Assembly: GCA_030424715.1 (NCBI GenBank)
Contig: JAUHWH010000002.1
Location: forward strand, 147,080 to 211,079
Origin: Bdellovibrionia bacterium
Lineage (GTDB): Bacteria; Bdellovibrionota; Bdellovibrionia; Bdellovibrionales; JAGQZY01
Length of the DNA stretch: 64,000 nucleotides
Direction: 5' to 3'
Shown: piece by piece, positions 9,228 to 19,176 of the stretch
How the letters are laid out: each line of letters starts with the position of its first letter
Position numbering within the stretch: position 1 is the stretch's first letter
Made by a program: the position numbers and the translations under genes
The notes under the pieces: generated by a model
Told to the model about the DNA's origin: nothing
Databases searched by the model: none
What the model saw: the letters and a program-made list of their open reading frames with translations, nothing else

Positions 9228-10577
9228 ATGGCGTTCCGTCTTCTGATGCTTATTCTTATAACCCCTTTAATGGCCTTTCCCCAGTCGACAGCCGTGTTTT
9301 TAAAGCCTCATAGTCCAGCTCCCACCGGTCATTTTGATTTGAAGTTACTCAAGAAGCGCGCTCTTCAATATGATCAATTTGAATGGCTTTGGGTGCGGGA
9401 TCAAAAAGGCAATAATGGCTGGGTCCTCAAATCATCGACTCTCCTGCCCTTAGATTTTTCGAGGCAGGCGATTCTAAGTAAGGGTGAGCCCGTTCATCCG
9501 GAGCCCAAAAACTATCAGTTGCCCCAGAAGACCCTCGCTCAATCGCAGGTGGTGGCTTTGATCCAAAGGCACCGCGACTGGTATAAAATTGTCTATAAGG
9601 ATCAGGGCAAGAACTATTACGGATGGGTGCGATCACGATACCTAAGCCCCTACTCGAAGGATGGCGGCTATTTTTTCTCCACTGTTGAGACCCATCTACG
9701 TGCCAAACCACAGATGAAATCTAAAATCCTGCAAAAGGTGGACCCTGGGCTTCCCATAATACCCCTGAGCACCAAGGATGAATGGGCCTTGGTGTCTTTT
9801 GGTAAAAAGAAGGGCTACATTCCACTGCGCAATATTAAATCTCGTTTGGATGTGGCCATAAAAGTGCGAACGCCCAAAGGCTATTTCAAGCCCCATAACG
9901 ACCTCTACAAAGACAAGGTTCTTGAGATCTTCACTAACCCGATCTGGGTGGGTTCTGGCGCTTACAGCCTTGAGCTCAAAGAGCAGCCCTCCATGACCGC
10001 AGCGACTCTTGCAGTAGTGGAGCCTTGGCAAACCCTCACCCTGCAAGGTTACTCCATCAAAAAATGGGGCAAAAGCCATGTCTCACGATGGGGAGAACTA
10101 TGGTGGCAAGATAGCACCATAGAATCCAATGTCGAAATCATCCAGAATCTAGCACCACAACAGACCCGCCTTAAAAAGTCGGAGATCTATCAGATTGAAA
10201 AAAGCCCGATCATTCCGGGCTTGCAAATCGCTTCGGCAACCCACGGTGTCTACCGGAGTTTTGATGGTTATCAGTGGCACCCCTTGCCATCATTTAAAAA
10301 TGGCTACCCAATCAAATTCGCCAAGAACGGGACTCTTTTTGTCGGAGACAAAATTAGCTTTGACCAAGGTGAATCGTTTCAACATTTTATAAAATGGGAC
10401 GAAGTTTTTAGTGCTCTAAGTAAGGGCAAAACGCCCCCACAGGGGCCCATTCAAATTATTAATGTAGAACCGAATTTTAAGGATCACAAAAAAATCACTC
10501 TCTCGTTAAGAGTGGGCAGCAATCAGTATATGCAACTCTACACGCCCAACCTGGGCAAAGACTGGCGCTTACGCTAA
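9228..10577 (+). CDS. Secreted hypothetical protein with SH3b-like repeats and Asp-box-like C-terminal region
   Basis: The ATG at 9228 gives the signal-like MAFRLLMLILITPLMAFPQS. Repeated segments (NGWVLKSSTLLP, YYGWVRSRYLSP, KKGYIPLRNIK) resemble bacterial SH3 domains. C-terminal YRSFDGYQWHPL and SFDQGESFQHF resemble Asp-box/BNR repeats. Function unknown. Confidence 0.5.
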   Translation: MAFRLLMLILITPLMAFPQSTAVFLKPHSPAPTGHFDLKLLKKRALQYDQFEWLWVRDQKGNNGWVLKSSTLLPLDFSRQAILSKGEPVHPEPKNYQLPQKTLAQSQVVALIQRHRDWYKIVYKDQGKNYYGWVRSRYLSPYSKDGGYFFSTVETHLRAKPQMKSKILQKVDPGLPIIPLSTKDEWALVSFGKKKGYIPLRNIKSRLDVAIKVRTPKGYFKPHNDLYKDKVLEIFTNPIWVGSGAYSLELKEQPSMTAATLAVVEPWQTLTLQGYSIKKWGKSHVSRWGELWWQDSTIESNVEIIQNLAPQQTRLKKSEIYQIEKSPIIPGLQIASATHGVYRSFDGYQWHPLPSFKNGYPIKFAKNGTLFVGDKISFDQGESFQHFIKWDEVFSALSKGKTPPQGPIQIINVEPNFKDHKKITLSLRVGSNQYMQLYTPNLGKDWRLR

Positions 10578-10590
10578 CCTTAGTATCTGT

Positions 10591-11682
10591 TTACTCTTTA
10601 CCAAAGAGACGAAGCCGAGCGGCCTTGACCTGCCTTTTTTTATACTCAACATGAGACAGTGGTCCACGCATATTATTCAGATAGGTTTCATACCCCATAA
10701 TCTGCACCTCGAAGGGGTAAAAAAATCTTAAGGTCTCTGGCTTACCACCACGGACCACGTCGACCTTGATAAGCTTGCGAGAGATAAACTTGATAAACTT
10801 ATAATCAGGATCAGTGTACACATTCTCTTTACTTTTAAAATCGGCGCTGTCACCACTTTCTGCCAGTTTCTTATCAAGAAAGTCATTGATGTCCGAAGAA
10901 TCAATCAAAGAGTCTTTCGAACGGAGGGTGTCCATAGCATCTAAGAAAAGGCGCGTGGGATAAACCGAATTCACTGACTCATTAACAATACAATGGGGGT
11001 AACTCACCAAAGAATTGTTCACCAAAAAGCGTAGCACCTGAAAGATATCAAAAGTGTTTTTGGTTACAAACCGCACGCCAATCCGATCGAGAATATTGAG
11101 TGCCACAAGATTGCGCTTCGCAAGCAGTTTTATAACTCCGCTCGATTGGTTTTTCTCGGGTTTAAACTCGAATTTGTTAAGACGAATTTTTTCATGTTCA
11201 CTACTCAAAAAAGTAGCCCCTTGAATACTGTCTTCTTGCACGAAACTTTGGATGGGCACCAGGATCTGTTCGCGAATGTCTTCATCAAAAATACTGTAAA
11301 GATCATTGTTGAGGTGAGCCATAACATGCATGACTTTTAAGGTGGCACAGGCCCACTTCTGCAAAACTCTAGTCTCTTCTTTGCGAGAGCTAGCGGCCAC
11401 CAACAAGTGCCTAGCGTCTTCAATACCGTGTTTATCAAAAATCTCAGTGGGAGAAAGCTCACCCTCTTCAACAAACCGATCTTGCAAAAAAGCGATGGCT
11501 TGTCGGAAATACGAATAAATGCGATTTTTCTCGTCTTCGTCGTCCCAACTGTAACCGTAGGACTGGATAAAATCGGAGGCTTGGTCTAGATCTCGTACAG
11601 AAAGTTTCGGCGCGTCCAACACGGAAACACCACCCAGCATGGACATCAAAGCTTGTCTTCTAAAATACAAATTCTCTGACAC
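10591..11682 (-). CDS. Hypothetical protein with divergent RelA/SpoT-like nucleotidyltransferase motifs
   Basis: 363 aa with a GTG start. The segments LNILDRIGVRFV, YKFIKFISRKL, FEVQIMGYETY and SHVEYKKR follow the order and spacing of RelA_SpoT synthetase-domain motifs (DxxGxRxI ... GYxSxH ... EIQIRT ... HxxYK). The catalytic residues are partly substituted. Confidence 0.5.
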   Translation of the reverse strand: MSENLYFRRQALMSMLGGVSVLDAPKLSVRDLDQASDFIQSYGYSWDDEDEKNRIYSYFRQAIAFLQDRFVEEGELSPTEIFDKHGIEDARHLLVAASSRKEETRVLQKWACATLKVMHVMAHLNNDLYSIFDEDIREQILVPIQSFVQEDSIQGATFLSSEHEKIRLNKFEFKPEKNQSSGVIKLLAKRNLVALNILDRIGVRFVTKNTFDIFQVLRFLVNNSLVSYPHCIVNESVNSVYPTRLFLDAMDTLRSKDSLIDSSDINDFLDKKLAESGDSADFKSKENVYTDPDYKFIKFISRKLIKVDVVRGGKPETLRFFYPFEVQIMGYETYLNNMRGPLSHVEYKKRQVKAARLRLFGKE

Positions 11683-11755
11683 GTCTTGAGTCTCCGATTC
11701 AATGCTTCTGCAAGGATATTGTTTTTCTCGAACAACTCACGCTGCTACTCATCAA

Positions 11756-11785
11756 TTCGGCGGATCAAACCTTTGAGCCGCCGAA
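11756..11785 (-). terminator. GC-rich hairpin downstream of fadB (possible terminator or processing element)
   Basis: ttcggcgg (11756-11763) pairs with ccgccgaa (11778-11785), with an inner tcaaa/tttga pairing. It lies 23 nt after the fadB stop. On the minus strand it lacks a good U-tract. Confidence 0.35.
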
Positions 11786-11807
11786 CAAACACAAAAAACC
11801 GTCAGAT

Positions 11808-13949
11808 TCAGTGAAAGGTTCTCTGGGTTTTAGCCATGTTGCGTAAGGGCGTGGTGGGTTTAAAGCGAGGGCCATATTTACTGGCAAAGACCTCGAGATC
11901 GTCCACGATCTTTTCAGAACCCTCTTTATCAGCCCAGCGCAAGAGGCCACCGCGGAACGGAGGGAAACCTGTCCCCATGATCATAGCAAGGTCGAGATCT
12001 TCGGCACTTCCCACGACATGCTCCTCTAACAATACCAGAGCGGCCTCATTAACCATATTGTACATGGCCCGGCCAATGATATCCTCTTCGCTCAAGGGGT
12101 CCGAGGGGCTACCCAAGCCAAGATCGGTGTAGACACTTTGATCAACGTCTTTTTTACGGCCGTTCTCATAATTATAAAAGCCCTTACCATTTTTTTGACC
12201 CAAGCGATCGGTTTGCTCTAGCTTTAAAAGCATTTCAGGAAGTTCAATACGCTCGCCAAGAGACTCCTTAAAAATCTTTGAAACTTTAACGCAGACGTCA
12301 AGCCCGACGGAGTCCATTAAAGCGAAAGGCCCCATCGGCATTCCAAACTTTTTCACAAAGATTTTATCAACCTTCTCGATACTGGCGCCTTCTTGTAAAA
12401 AGAAAGCCGCCTCCATCATATAGGGGACCAACAGACGGTTCACTAAAAAGCCAGGAGCATCTTTCACGACAACCGGAATCTTACCCATCTTTTTTGACAA
12501 GTTATAAACCGTTGCTGTGGCCTTATCACTGGTTTGTGGCCCACGAATGACTTCAACCAAAGGCATCATGTGGACCGGGCTGAAAAAGTGCATACCCAAG
12601 AAATTCTCAGGCTTTGGATGAGCCGTTGCCATTTCTGTCACGCTAAGTGACGACGTGTTGGTTGCAAACACGCAATCGTCTTTCAAGTTTTCATAGGTCT
12701 CGGCAATCACCTTTTTCTTGATGTCCATGTTCTCGACGATGGCCTCAACCACAACATCTAATTGTTTGAATCCAGCATAATCCAAACCACCAGAAATATG
12801 ACCCATTTTTTCGGTCAACTCGTACTTTGTCATACGACGCTTTTTTACTTTCTTATCCCAAATTTTTCGAGCCGCCTCGAAGCCTTTGGCAATAGAGTCC
12901 GTGCTGATGTCTTTCAGGCGAACGAAAATTCCTTTGTCGGCTGCCACGTAGGCTATACCGCCACCCATGGTTCCAGCACCGAGAACACCGAGATGACTGA
13001 CTTCCAGGCCTTTTTCATCGCCATCCACACCGTTGCGTTTTTTGACGTCCTCCATCATGAAAAACAAATTGATTAAATTTTTGGAGATCTCGCCACCGGC
13101 CACTTCACAGAAACCTTGCTTTTCAATGTCCATGGCTTTGCTACGATTGCTCATACCTGCGGTTTTCTTTATCACGTTCAAGGCAACAAGAAGAGCCGGA
13201 TAGTGACCGTGGGATTTTTTCATCGTCATTTTCTTAGCCTGCGAAAAAACCACAGGACGCCCTAAGCCCGATTCCAAAAATTTGTTCATCAATCCTTGAG
13301 GAGCATGTTGTTTTTTTCGCTTCTTACTACCCTTGGCGATGACACCATTGGCGAACTTCAGAGCCTGCTCTTCAAGGATCGCTGGATGAACCATTTTGTC
13401 AACAAGACCCATTTTAAAAGCTTTTTTTGCCGGAACCATTTTACCCGCCAGGATAATATCTAAAGCCCCTTGCACGCCCACAACACGGGGCAATCTCACG
13501 CAACCACCAAAACCAGGGATGATTCCTAGTTTTGTTTCAGGCAGTCCTATCTTGGTTTCGCTAGCATCACTGGCGATGCGATAGTCGCAGGCCAAAGAAA
13601 GTTCACAGCCACCACCGGCACAAGCGCCATGGATCGCAGCAATGACCGGAATTTTAAGGTCTTCAACAAAATTCATAATCTCTTGGCCACCCGAGACGGC
13701 GCCGGCAAAATCTTCTTTTGTCTTCAGTGACTTGATCTCATTGATGTCAGCCCCTGCGATAAAAATTTTCTTTTTACGAGAAATAATCACCGCTGCCTTA
13801 AAAGAAGAGTCGTTCAATTCTTCTAAGATTTCTTTGAGACGCGCCATGATCGGAGTGCTCATTTTGTTGGCGCTCTCTCCAATGTGATCCCACTCGATTA
13901 ATGCCACGTCGCCTTTTGGAGTTACTTTTAAACTTTCTTGAATACTCAT
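11808..13949 (-). CDS. fadB: Multifunctional fatty-acid oxidation protein (enoyl-CoA hydratase / 3-hydroxyacyl-CoA dehydrogenase), FadB/FadJ type
   Basis: N-terminal crotonase domain (FIAGADINE, AAIHGACAGGGCELSLACD) followed by a 3HCDH domain (LGVLGAGTMGGGIAYV, GFLVNRLL). The start is taken as the ATG at 13947-13949 (MSIQESL), 1 nt after the thiolase stop. The track's longer start (14018) would overlap the thiolase. Confidence 0.9.
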   Translation of the reverse strand: MSIQESLKVTPKGDVALIEWDHIGESANKMSTPIMARLKEILEELNDSSFKAAVIISRKKKIFIAGADINEIKSLKTKEDFAGAVSGGQEIMNFVEDLKIPVIAAIHGACAGGGCELSLACDYRIASDASETKIGLPETKLGIIPGFGGCVRLPRVVGVQGALDIILAGKMVPAKKAFKMGLVDKMVHPAILEEQALKFANGVIAKGSKKRKKQHAPQGLMNKFLESGLGRPVVFSQAKKMTMKKSHGHYPALLVALNVIKKTAGMSNRSKAMDIEKQGFCEVAGGEISKNLINLFFMMEDVKKRNGVDGDEKGLEVSHLGVLGAGTMGGGIAYVAADKGIFVRLKDISTDSIAKGFEAARKIWDKKVKKRRMTKYELTEKMGHISGGLDYAGFKQLDVVVEAIVENMDIKKKVIAETYENLKDDCVFATNTSSLSVTEMATAHPKPENFLGMHFFSPVHMMPLVEVIRGPQTSDKATATVYNLSKKMGKIPVVVKDAPGFLVNRLLVPYMMEAAFFLQEGASIEKVDKIFVKKFGMPMGPFALMDSVGLDVCVKVSKIFKESLGERIELPEMLLKLEQTDRLGQKNGKGFYNYENGRKKDVDQSVYTDLGLGSPSDPLSEEDIIGRAMYNMVNEAALVLLEEHVVGSAEDLDLAMIMGTGFPPFRGGLLRWADKEGSEKIVDDLEVFASKYGPRFKPTTPLRNMAKTQRTFH

Positions 13950-13950
13950 A

Positions 13951-15252
13951 CTAAGCCTCATTCTCCAGCACCATCGCGCCACCTTGACCACCACCAATGC
14001 AGAGAGTGGCCAGTCCAAACTGTGAACCTCTTCGTTTCATTTCTTTCATCAACGTTAAAACAAGTCTTGTTCCTGTTGCGCCGACGGGATGACCAATTGC
14101 AATAGCACCCCCGTTGACGTTCACTTTATCAAGATCAAGTTCTCCAACTTTCTCGGAAAGCCCCAACTTCTCCTCCGCAAACTTTTTTGAGTCCATAGCT
14201 TTTTGACAAGCCAAGACTTGGGCCGCAAAGGCTTCGTTTAACTCAATCAAATCCATGTCTTTTAACGTCAGGCCGGCTCGTTTTAAAGCCAAAGGCGTTG
14301 CATAGGCGGGCCCCAATCCCATTCTCTCAGGTTCGAGCCCGGCAAAGCCATAACCGCGAATTCTAGCCATTGGTTTATAACCCTTTTCTTCGGCCTGCTT
14401 GCGGCTCATCAATAGAACCATCGCAGCTCCATCGGTCAACGGGCAGGCATTACCCACTGTGATTGTCCCGGTTTTTCGGTCGAAGTAAGGGCGTAACTTG
14501 GCGAGCGCCTCCATGCTTTGCCCGTCTCTCGGGCCGTTGTCGTGCTCGACCACTTCTTTGTATTTCGGCCCCAAATAGACTGGCGTGATTTCGTCTTTCA
14601 GACGTCCCTCTTTGGTGGCAGCGACCGCGCGATGGTGAGATTCCATGGCAAAGCGATCTTGCTCTTCTCTTGAAATATGAAACTCTTTTGCCAAAATCTC
14701 AGCCGTTTGCCCCATGTTGATTCCCACAAAAGGATCTTTCAAAGCCTCGACAATAGAGACCCGGGGCGCCAAGTAACTCAATTTGATTTTTTTAAGGGCC
14801 GCAATTTTCTTACCCGTGGTTTTCGCCGAGTAAAATTCAGCAAAGACATCCGCAAATTTTTGATTAAACAGCAATGGCGCCTGTGACATATTCTCTGTGC
14901 CACCGGCGATAACAGTGTCAACCACTCCAGCTTTAATCTTGTCGAAACCAGAGCTGATGCTTTCAAGGGCAGATGCACAGTTGCGATGCACAGTGTGGGC
15001 TGAGGTCTTCATGGGGATTCCGGCTCTTAATGCCACCACCCGGCCAATGTTCACAGCATCTGAGGGATTACCAACGCAGCCAACAATCACCTCTTCAACT
15101 GACTCCGTGTCGAGATCTGTTTGCGCAATAAGCTCCTGTAGAGCCACCTGGCCCAGCTCAGCGGCATGAACATTTTTAAACTTCGTCCCCGCCTTAGCAA
15201 AAGGCGTTCGAACTCCGTCAACTATCACAACATCGTTGCCACTTTTTTCCAT
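13951..15252 (-). CDS. fadA: Acetyl-CoA C-acyltransferase (3-ketoacyl-CoA thiolase)
   Basis: 433 aa. Thiolase motifs VHRNCASALESI (active-site Cys), NVNGGAIAIGHPVGATG and LCIGGGQGGAMVLE. GGAGGA RBS upstream of the ATG at 15250-15252. Confidence 0.9.
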   Translation of the reverse strand: MEKSGNDVVIVDGVRTPFAKAGTKFKNVHAAELGQVALQELIAQTDLDTESVEEVIVGCVGNPSDAVNIGRVVALRAGIPMKTSAHTVHRNCASALESISSGFDKIKAGVVDTVIAGGTENMSQAPLLFNQKFADVFAEFYSAKTTGKKIAALKKIKLSYLAPRVSIVEALKDPFVGINMGQTAEILAKEFHISREEQDRFAMESHHRAVAATKEGRLKDEITPVYLGPKYKEVVEHDNGPRDGQSMEALAKLRPYFDRKTGTITVGNACPLTDGAAMVLLMSRKQAEEKGYKPMARIRGYGFAGLEPERMGLGPAYATPLALKRAGLTLKDMDLIELNEAFAAQVLACQKAMDSKKFAEEKLGLSEKVGELDLDKVNVNGGAIAIGHPVGATGTRLVLTLMKEMKRRGSQFGLATLCIGGGQGGAMVLENEA

Positions 15253-15434
15253 ACTTCGATTCCTCCGATAACCGTGAGATCATGGCATTTTTTAGTCTCG
15301 CTGTCGCCCCTTATAGGCACCGCCCCCTGTTTTATGCATCGCTTAAAGGGTGCCTTCAATATTCCCATTCGACACCCCGGGGGCACTATAGTAGAACTTG
15401 AGTTTTGAAATTTGAAGGAACAAAAGAGGTCCCA

Positions 15435-17729
15435 ATGAATTTGGATAAACAAGCCCTGAGTTACCACTCGTCCGAACCTGCTGGAAAAGTAAGCGTATCG
15501 TCGCCAAAACCCTGTGGCACCGAGTACGAGCTTTCACTGGCCTACTCGCCCGGTGTCGCCGCCCCCTGTAGAGAAATCGCAAAGGACACTCAAAAAGTCT
15601 ACGACTACACCTCGAAGGGAAACTTGGTAGCGGTGATCAGCAACGGAACGGCAGTCCTCGGCTTGGGTAACATCGGACCCGAAGCCTCAAAACCAGTGAT
15701 GGAGGGAAAAGGCAACCTCTTCAAAATGTTTGCCGGTATTGATGTCTTTGACATTGAACTCGATAACCTAGATGTGGATAGCTTCTGCAACACCGTCAAA
15801 GCCCTGGGTCCCACTTTTGGAGGCATCAACCTCGAAGACATCAAAGCCCCCGAGTGTTTCGAAATTGAAAAGCGCTTGAAAGAAGAAATGAACATCCCAG
15901 TGTTTCACGATGATCAGCATGGGACCGCCATTATCTCTGCCGCCGCCCTGATCAATGCCGCTGATATCACAAAGAGAAAAATGAAAAATATTAAAATGGT
16001 GATCAACGGTGCCGGTGCCGCTGCGGTTGCCTGTGGACGACTCTTCATCTCTATGGGAGTGAAGCAAAAAAATATTATCATGTGTGATTCCCGTGGTGTG
16101 ATCTACAAAGGGCGGACCGACGGCATGAACCCCTACAAAGAGGAGTTCGCTGTTGACACTAAAGACCGCAGCCTGGCCGACGCGCTGAAGGGTGCAGACT
16201 GTTTTGTTGGCCTCAGTGTGGCGGGCGCCATGAGCGTGCCCATGCTCAAGTCCATGGCCAAAGATCCCATTGTTTTTGCAATGGCCAATCCCGATCCAGA
16301 AATCGATCCCCATGTGGCCAAAAAAGCCCGCCCCGATGTTATTATGGCCACCGGCCGCAGTGATTACCCCAACCAGGTGAACAATGTTTTGGGCTTTCCC
16401 TCTATTTTCCGCGGAGCTCTCGATGCCCGCGCCAGTAGCATCAACGAGGAGATGAAGCTGGCCGCAGTCAAAGCGCTTGCTGATTTGGCAAGACAGGGCG
16501 TGCCTGAAAAAGTCTCGGCCGCTTACGGTGGCCAAACTTTCAACTTTGGTCCCGAGTATATTATCCCTAAGCCTTTTGACCCGCGGGTGATCATGACTGT
16601 GGCTCCGGCTGTGGCAAAGGCCGCCGAAACCTCTGGCGTTGCCCAAAAACCCATTAAGAACATGAAGGCCTACGTCGAACGTCTTGAGGCCTTGCAAGGA
16701 AATAAAGTCAGTTTTATTCGCAGCTGTATCAACCGCGTGAAATCCAACATTCGCCAAACCAAAACCAAGCCTCGAATTATTTTTCCTGAAGGCAACACTC
16801 ACAAAATTTTAAAGGCTTGTGACTTGGCTCTACGCGAAAAGGTCATGGAACCCATCTTGCTTGGCCGCCCCGACCATATCAACGCCACCATCAAAGAGTT
16901 GGGGCTGGACAGCCTCAAGAAGGTTCAAATTATCGAACCTCGCACCTCTGAACACTATGAGCGCTATTGCACAGAACTGTTTCGCATGAAGGCCCGTCGC
17001 GGTGTTATGGAGAAAGAAGCCCGTCGCCTGATGACCGACACCAACTACTACGCGGCCATGGCGGTTCACCTGGGCGATGCTGAAGGTATGATTTCAGGCG
17101 CCACAATGAAGTACAAAGAGGCAGTGATTCCCATTTTAAAAATCATTGGGTCCGGAAACCGCAACACGGCCTCGGGCATGAACATCGTTTTAACGAAAGA
17201 GAAAATGTATTTCTTTACTGACACCGCGGTGAACGTAAACCCCACCGCCGAACAAGTGGCCAACACAGCCATTCACGTCTCGAAGGTGGCCCAATACTTT
17301 GACATGAAACCCAAAATTGCCATGCTCAGTTACACGAACTTCACTTCGAAGGGCGACACCCCCAGTAAAATGGAGCGAGCGGCACAAATTGTAAAACAGC
17401 AGTTCCCCCACTATATCGTCGATGGAGAAATGCAGGCTGACACCGCCGTTAACCCCGCGATCGTGGATCGTATTTTTCCTTTTTGCGATATCAAAGACGG
17501 TGCGAACATTTTGGTTTTCCCTAACCTCGATGCCGGAAATATCTCCTACAAGTTGGTTCAACAGTTGGGTGAGGGCGAAGTGATCGGCCCCTTCCTTATG
17601 GGCGTGAACCGTCCGGCTCACGTGGTACAGAGAACTTCTGATGTGGACGATATATTCAACTCCATTGTACTGACCTGCCTGCACTACCAAGCGATTCCGT
17701 CAATGAGTGAGCCCGAGGTTACGACATAG
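15435..17729 (+). CDS. maeB: NADP-dependent malic enzyme with C-terminal phosphotransacetylase-like domain (MaeB type)
   Basis: Motifs [34 protein letters not shown] and NGAGAAA, plus a ~330-aa PTA-like C-terminal domain. ATG at 15435 preceded by AAGAGG. Confidence 0.9.
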   Translation: MNLDKQALSYHSSEPAGKVSVSSPKPCGTEYELSLAYSPGVAAPCREIAKDTQKVYDYTSKGNLVAVISNGTAVLGLGNIGPEASKPVMEGKGNLFKMFAGIDVFDIELDNLDVDSFCNTVKALGPTFGGINLEDIKAPECFEIEKRLKEEMNIPVFHDDQHGTAIISAAALINAADITKRKMKNIKMVINGAGAAAVACGRLFISMGVKQKNIIMCDSRGVIYKGRTDGMNPYKEEFAVDTKDRSLADALKGADCFVGLSVAGAMSVPMLKSMAKDPIVFAMANPDPEIDPHVAKKARPDVIMATGRSDYPNQVNNVLGFPSIFRGALDARASSINEEMKLAAVKALADLARQGVPEKVSAAYGGQTFNFGPEYIIPKPFDPRVIMTVAPAVAKAAETSGVAQKPIKNMKAYVERLEALQGNKVSFIRSCINRVKSNIRQTKTKPRIIFPEGNTHKILKACDLALREKVMEPILLGRPDHINATIKELGLDSLKKVQIIEPRTSEHYERYCTELFRMKARRGVMEKEARRLMTDTNYYAAMAVHLGDAEGMISGATMKYKEAVIPILKIIGSGNRNTASGMNIVLTKEKMYFFTDTAVNVNPTAEQVANTAIHVSKVAQYFDMKPKIAMLSYTNFTSKGDTPSKMERAAQIVKQQFPHYIVDGEMQADTAVNPAIVDRIFPFCDIKDGANILVFPNLDAGNISYKLVQQLGEGEVIGPFLMGVNRPAHVVQRTSDVDDIFNSIVLTCLHYQAIPSMSEPEVTT

Positions 17730-17767
17730 ATTTTGAAGAACCAAAACTCAAAGCCATCGTCCTAGGG

Positions 17768-19003
17768 GTGGGCCTTAAAAATGAAGGCCTCCCAGAGGTC
17801 AAAGCCAGCCTCAACGAGTTGGAAGAGCTTGCTACCACAGCAGGTTGGGAGGTTGTTGGTAACATCACGCAACTTCTTAACAAGTGGACTCCGGCCACCC
17901 TCATCGGCACTGGTAAAGTTGACGAGATCGGGCATATTGCAGCGGACTGTGGCGCCAACTTTATCATTATCGACCATCACCTCACCGGCGTACAGACGCG
18001 AAACTTAGAAGAGCAGTGGAAACCGGCTCGTGTTTTAGATCGCTCGCAAATTATCATCGAAATTTTCGCCCAAAGAGCCCGTAGCTACGAGGGCAAATTG
18101 CAAGTGGAGCTGGCCCAATTGCTCGACCAACTGCCTCGGCAAGTGGGAGCCTGGCTTGGCTCCCTCTCCCGACAAGGAGCCGGCACGGGTGCACGGGGTG
18201 GTGGTGAAAAAGCCATCGAACTGGACCGTCGGCAAATCCGCAAACGTGTGGAGATTATTAAAAAGAAACTCAAAGACGTGCAAAAAAAACGCAAGCAACA
18301 TCGCAGCTCTCGCGAAAAAAACCAGGTCCCAAGCTTTGCACTGATCGGTTACACCAACGCCGGAAAAAGCTCATTGATGAATGCCATGACTCAAGCCGAT
18401 GTCTACGCCGAAGATCAGCTTTTCGCCACTCTGGATCCAACCACTCGTAAAATCTATTTGGACGAAGGCTCCCACGCCGTGATTACCGACACCGTGGGAT
18501 TTATCAATAAACTCCCCCATAACTTGATCGACGCTTTTAAAGCCACTCTCGAGGAGTCGGCCAACTCCGATATTCTGTTGCATGTGGTGGACCTGTCGAA
18601 TCCTCAAATGGAAAAGCAAGTGGAAGTGGTGGATCAGCTCATCAAAGAATTTGGCTGGGATGACAAACCCATTATCCATGTGTTCAATAAACTTGACGCC
18701 GCTCCGGTGCAAAATCGATTTCGCGTCAAGCAAGCCCCCAGGGTTTTCACTAGCGCCCAAACCGGTGAAGGGCTTACTGAACTCAAAGAGCTGATGCTTG
18801 AAACCTTAAACAAGCTGACCGTTCCCCTAGAGGTTTTCTTTCCTCTCGAAGAAAAACATCTCTTTTACGAATTACAAAAAGACGCCACCAGCATTTACAA
18901 AGAGGAAAGCCAACTTGGTCTTGTCTGCAAAGCCCAGCTGGTTCCCGGCCTGGTGAAGAAGTGGCGTGATTACCAAGTCGAAAAAGGCTCTTCTGACGTT
19001 TAG
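17768..19003 (+). CDS. hflX: GTPase HflX
   Basis: HflX N-terminal domain (LEELATTAGWEVVG, GKVDEI) and a G domain (LIGYTNAGKSSLMN, DTVGFI, NKLD). The listed start is a GTG. The frame stays open upstream to 17711 without a canonical start, so the true start is uncertain. Confidence 0.88.
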   Translation: MGLKNEGLPEVKASLNELEELATTAGWEVVGNITQLLNKWTPATLIGTGKVDEIGHIAADCGANFIIIDHHLTGVQTRNLEEQWKPARVLDRSQIIIEIFAQRARSYEGKLQVELAQLLDQLPRQVGAWLGSLSRQGAGTGARGGGEKAIELDRRQIRKRVEIIKKKLKDVQKKRKQHRSSREKNQVPSFALIGYTNAGKSSLMNAMTQADVYAEDQLFATLDPTTRKIYLDEGSHAVITDTVGFINKLPHNLIDAFKATLEESANSDILLHVVDLSNPQMEKQVEVVDQLIKEFGWDDKPIIHVFNKLDAAPVQNRFRVKQAPRVFTSAQTGEGLTELKELMLETLNKLTVPLEVFFPLEEKHLFYELQKDATSIYKEESQLGLVCKAQLVPGLVKKWRDYQVEKGSSDV

Positions 19004-19176
19004 TGGCCCCAGAGTCAAAAGCCCTGACTAATGTGCAAAAGCACTTTCTGGTGGTCTTTGCCCCACTTGCCAGGCCCCGTCCAACTGTCTAAACATTGGT
19101 GACCCATGTGATTCTTTCAGCCATAGTTGAAAAGCCTCAAAACTTATGACAGCTTGGTTCGGTATAAAATGATGAG

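Noticed and set aside
13950-14018. The N-terminal extension of fadB in the ORF track (MDWPLSALVVVKVARWCWRMRLS...), which overlaps the thiolase 3' end.
   Set aside because: The ATG at 13947-13949 (MSIQESLKV...) sits 1 nt after the thiolase stop and matches FadB N-termini. The extension is not protein-like.
15768-16802. A 344-aa ORF antisense to maeB, the longest shadow ORF in the window.
   Set aside because: It is in exactly the same codon register as maeB (15768-15435 is divisible by 3). It stays open simply because maeB avoids the sense codons TTA/CTA/TCA. The translation is compositionally odd (G/H/R-rich) with no motifs, RBS or independent evidence.
17711-17767. A possible N-terminal extension of hflX (frame open from 17711, reading ...[13 protein letters not shown], which looks HflX-like).
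   Set aside because: There is no ATG/GTG/TTG in frame upstream of the GTG at 17768, and the region overlaps the maeB stop. I could not support a non-canonical start from sequence alone.
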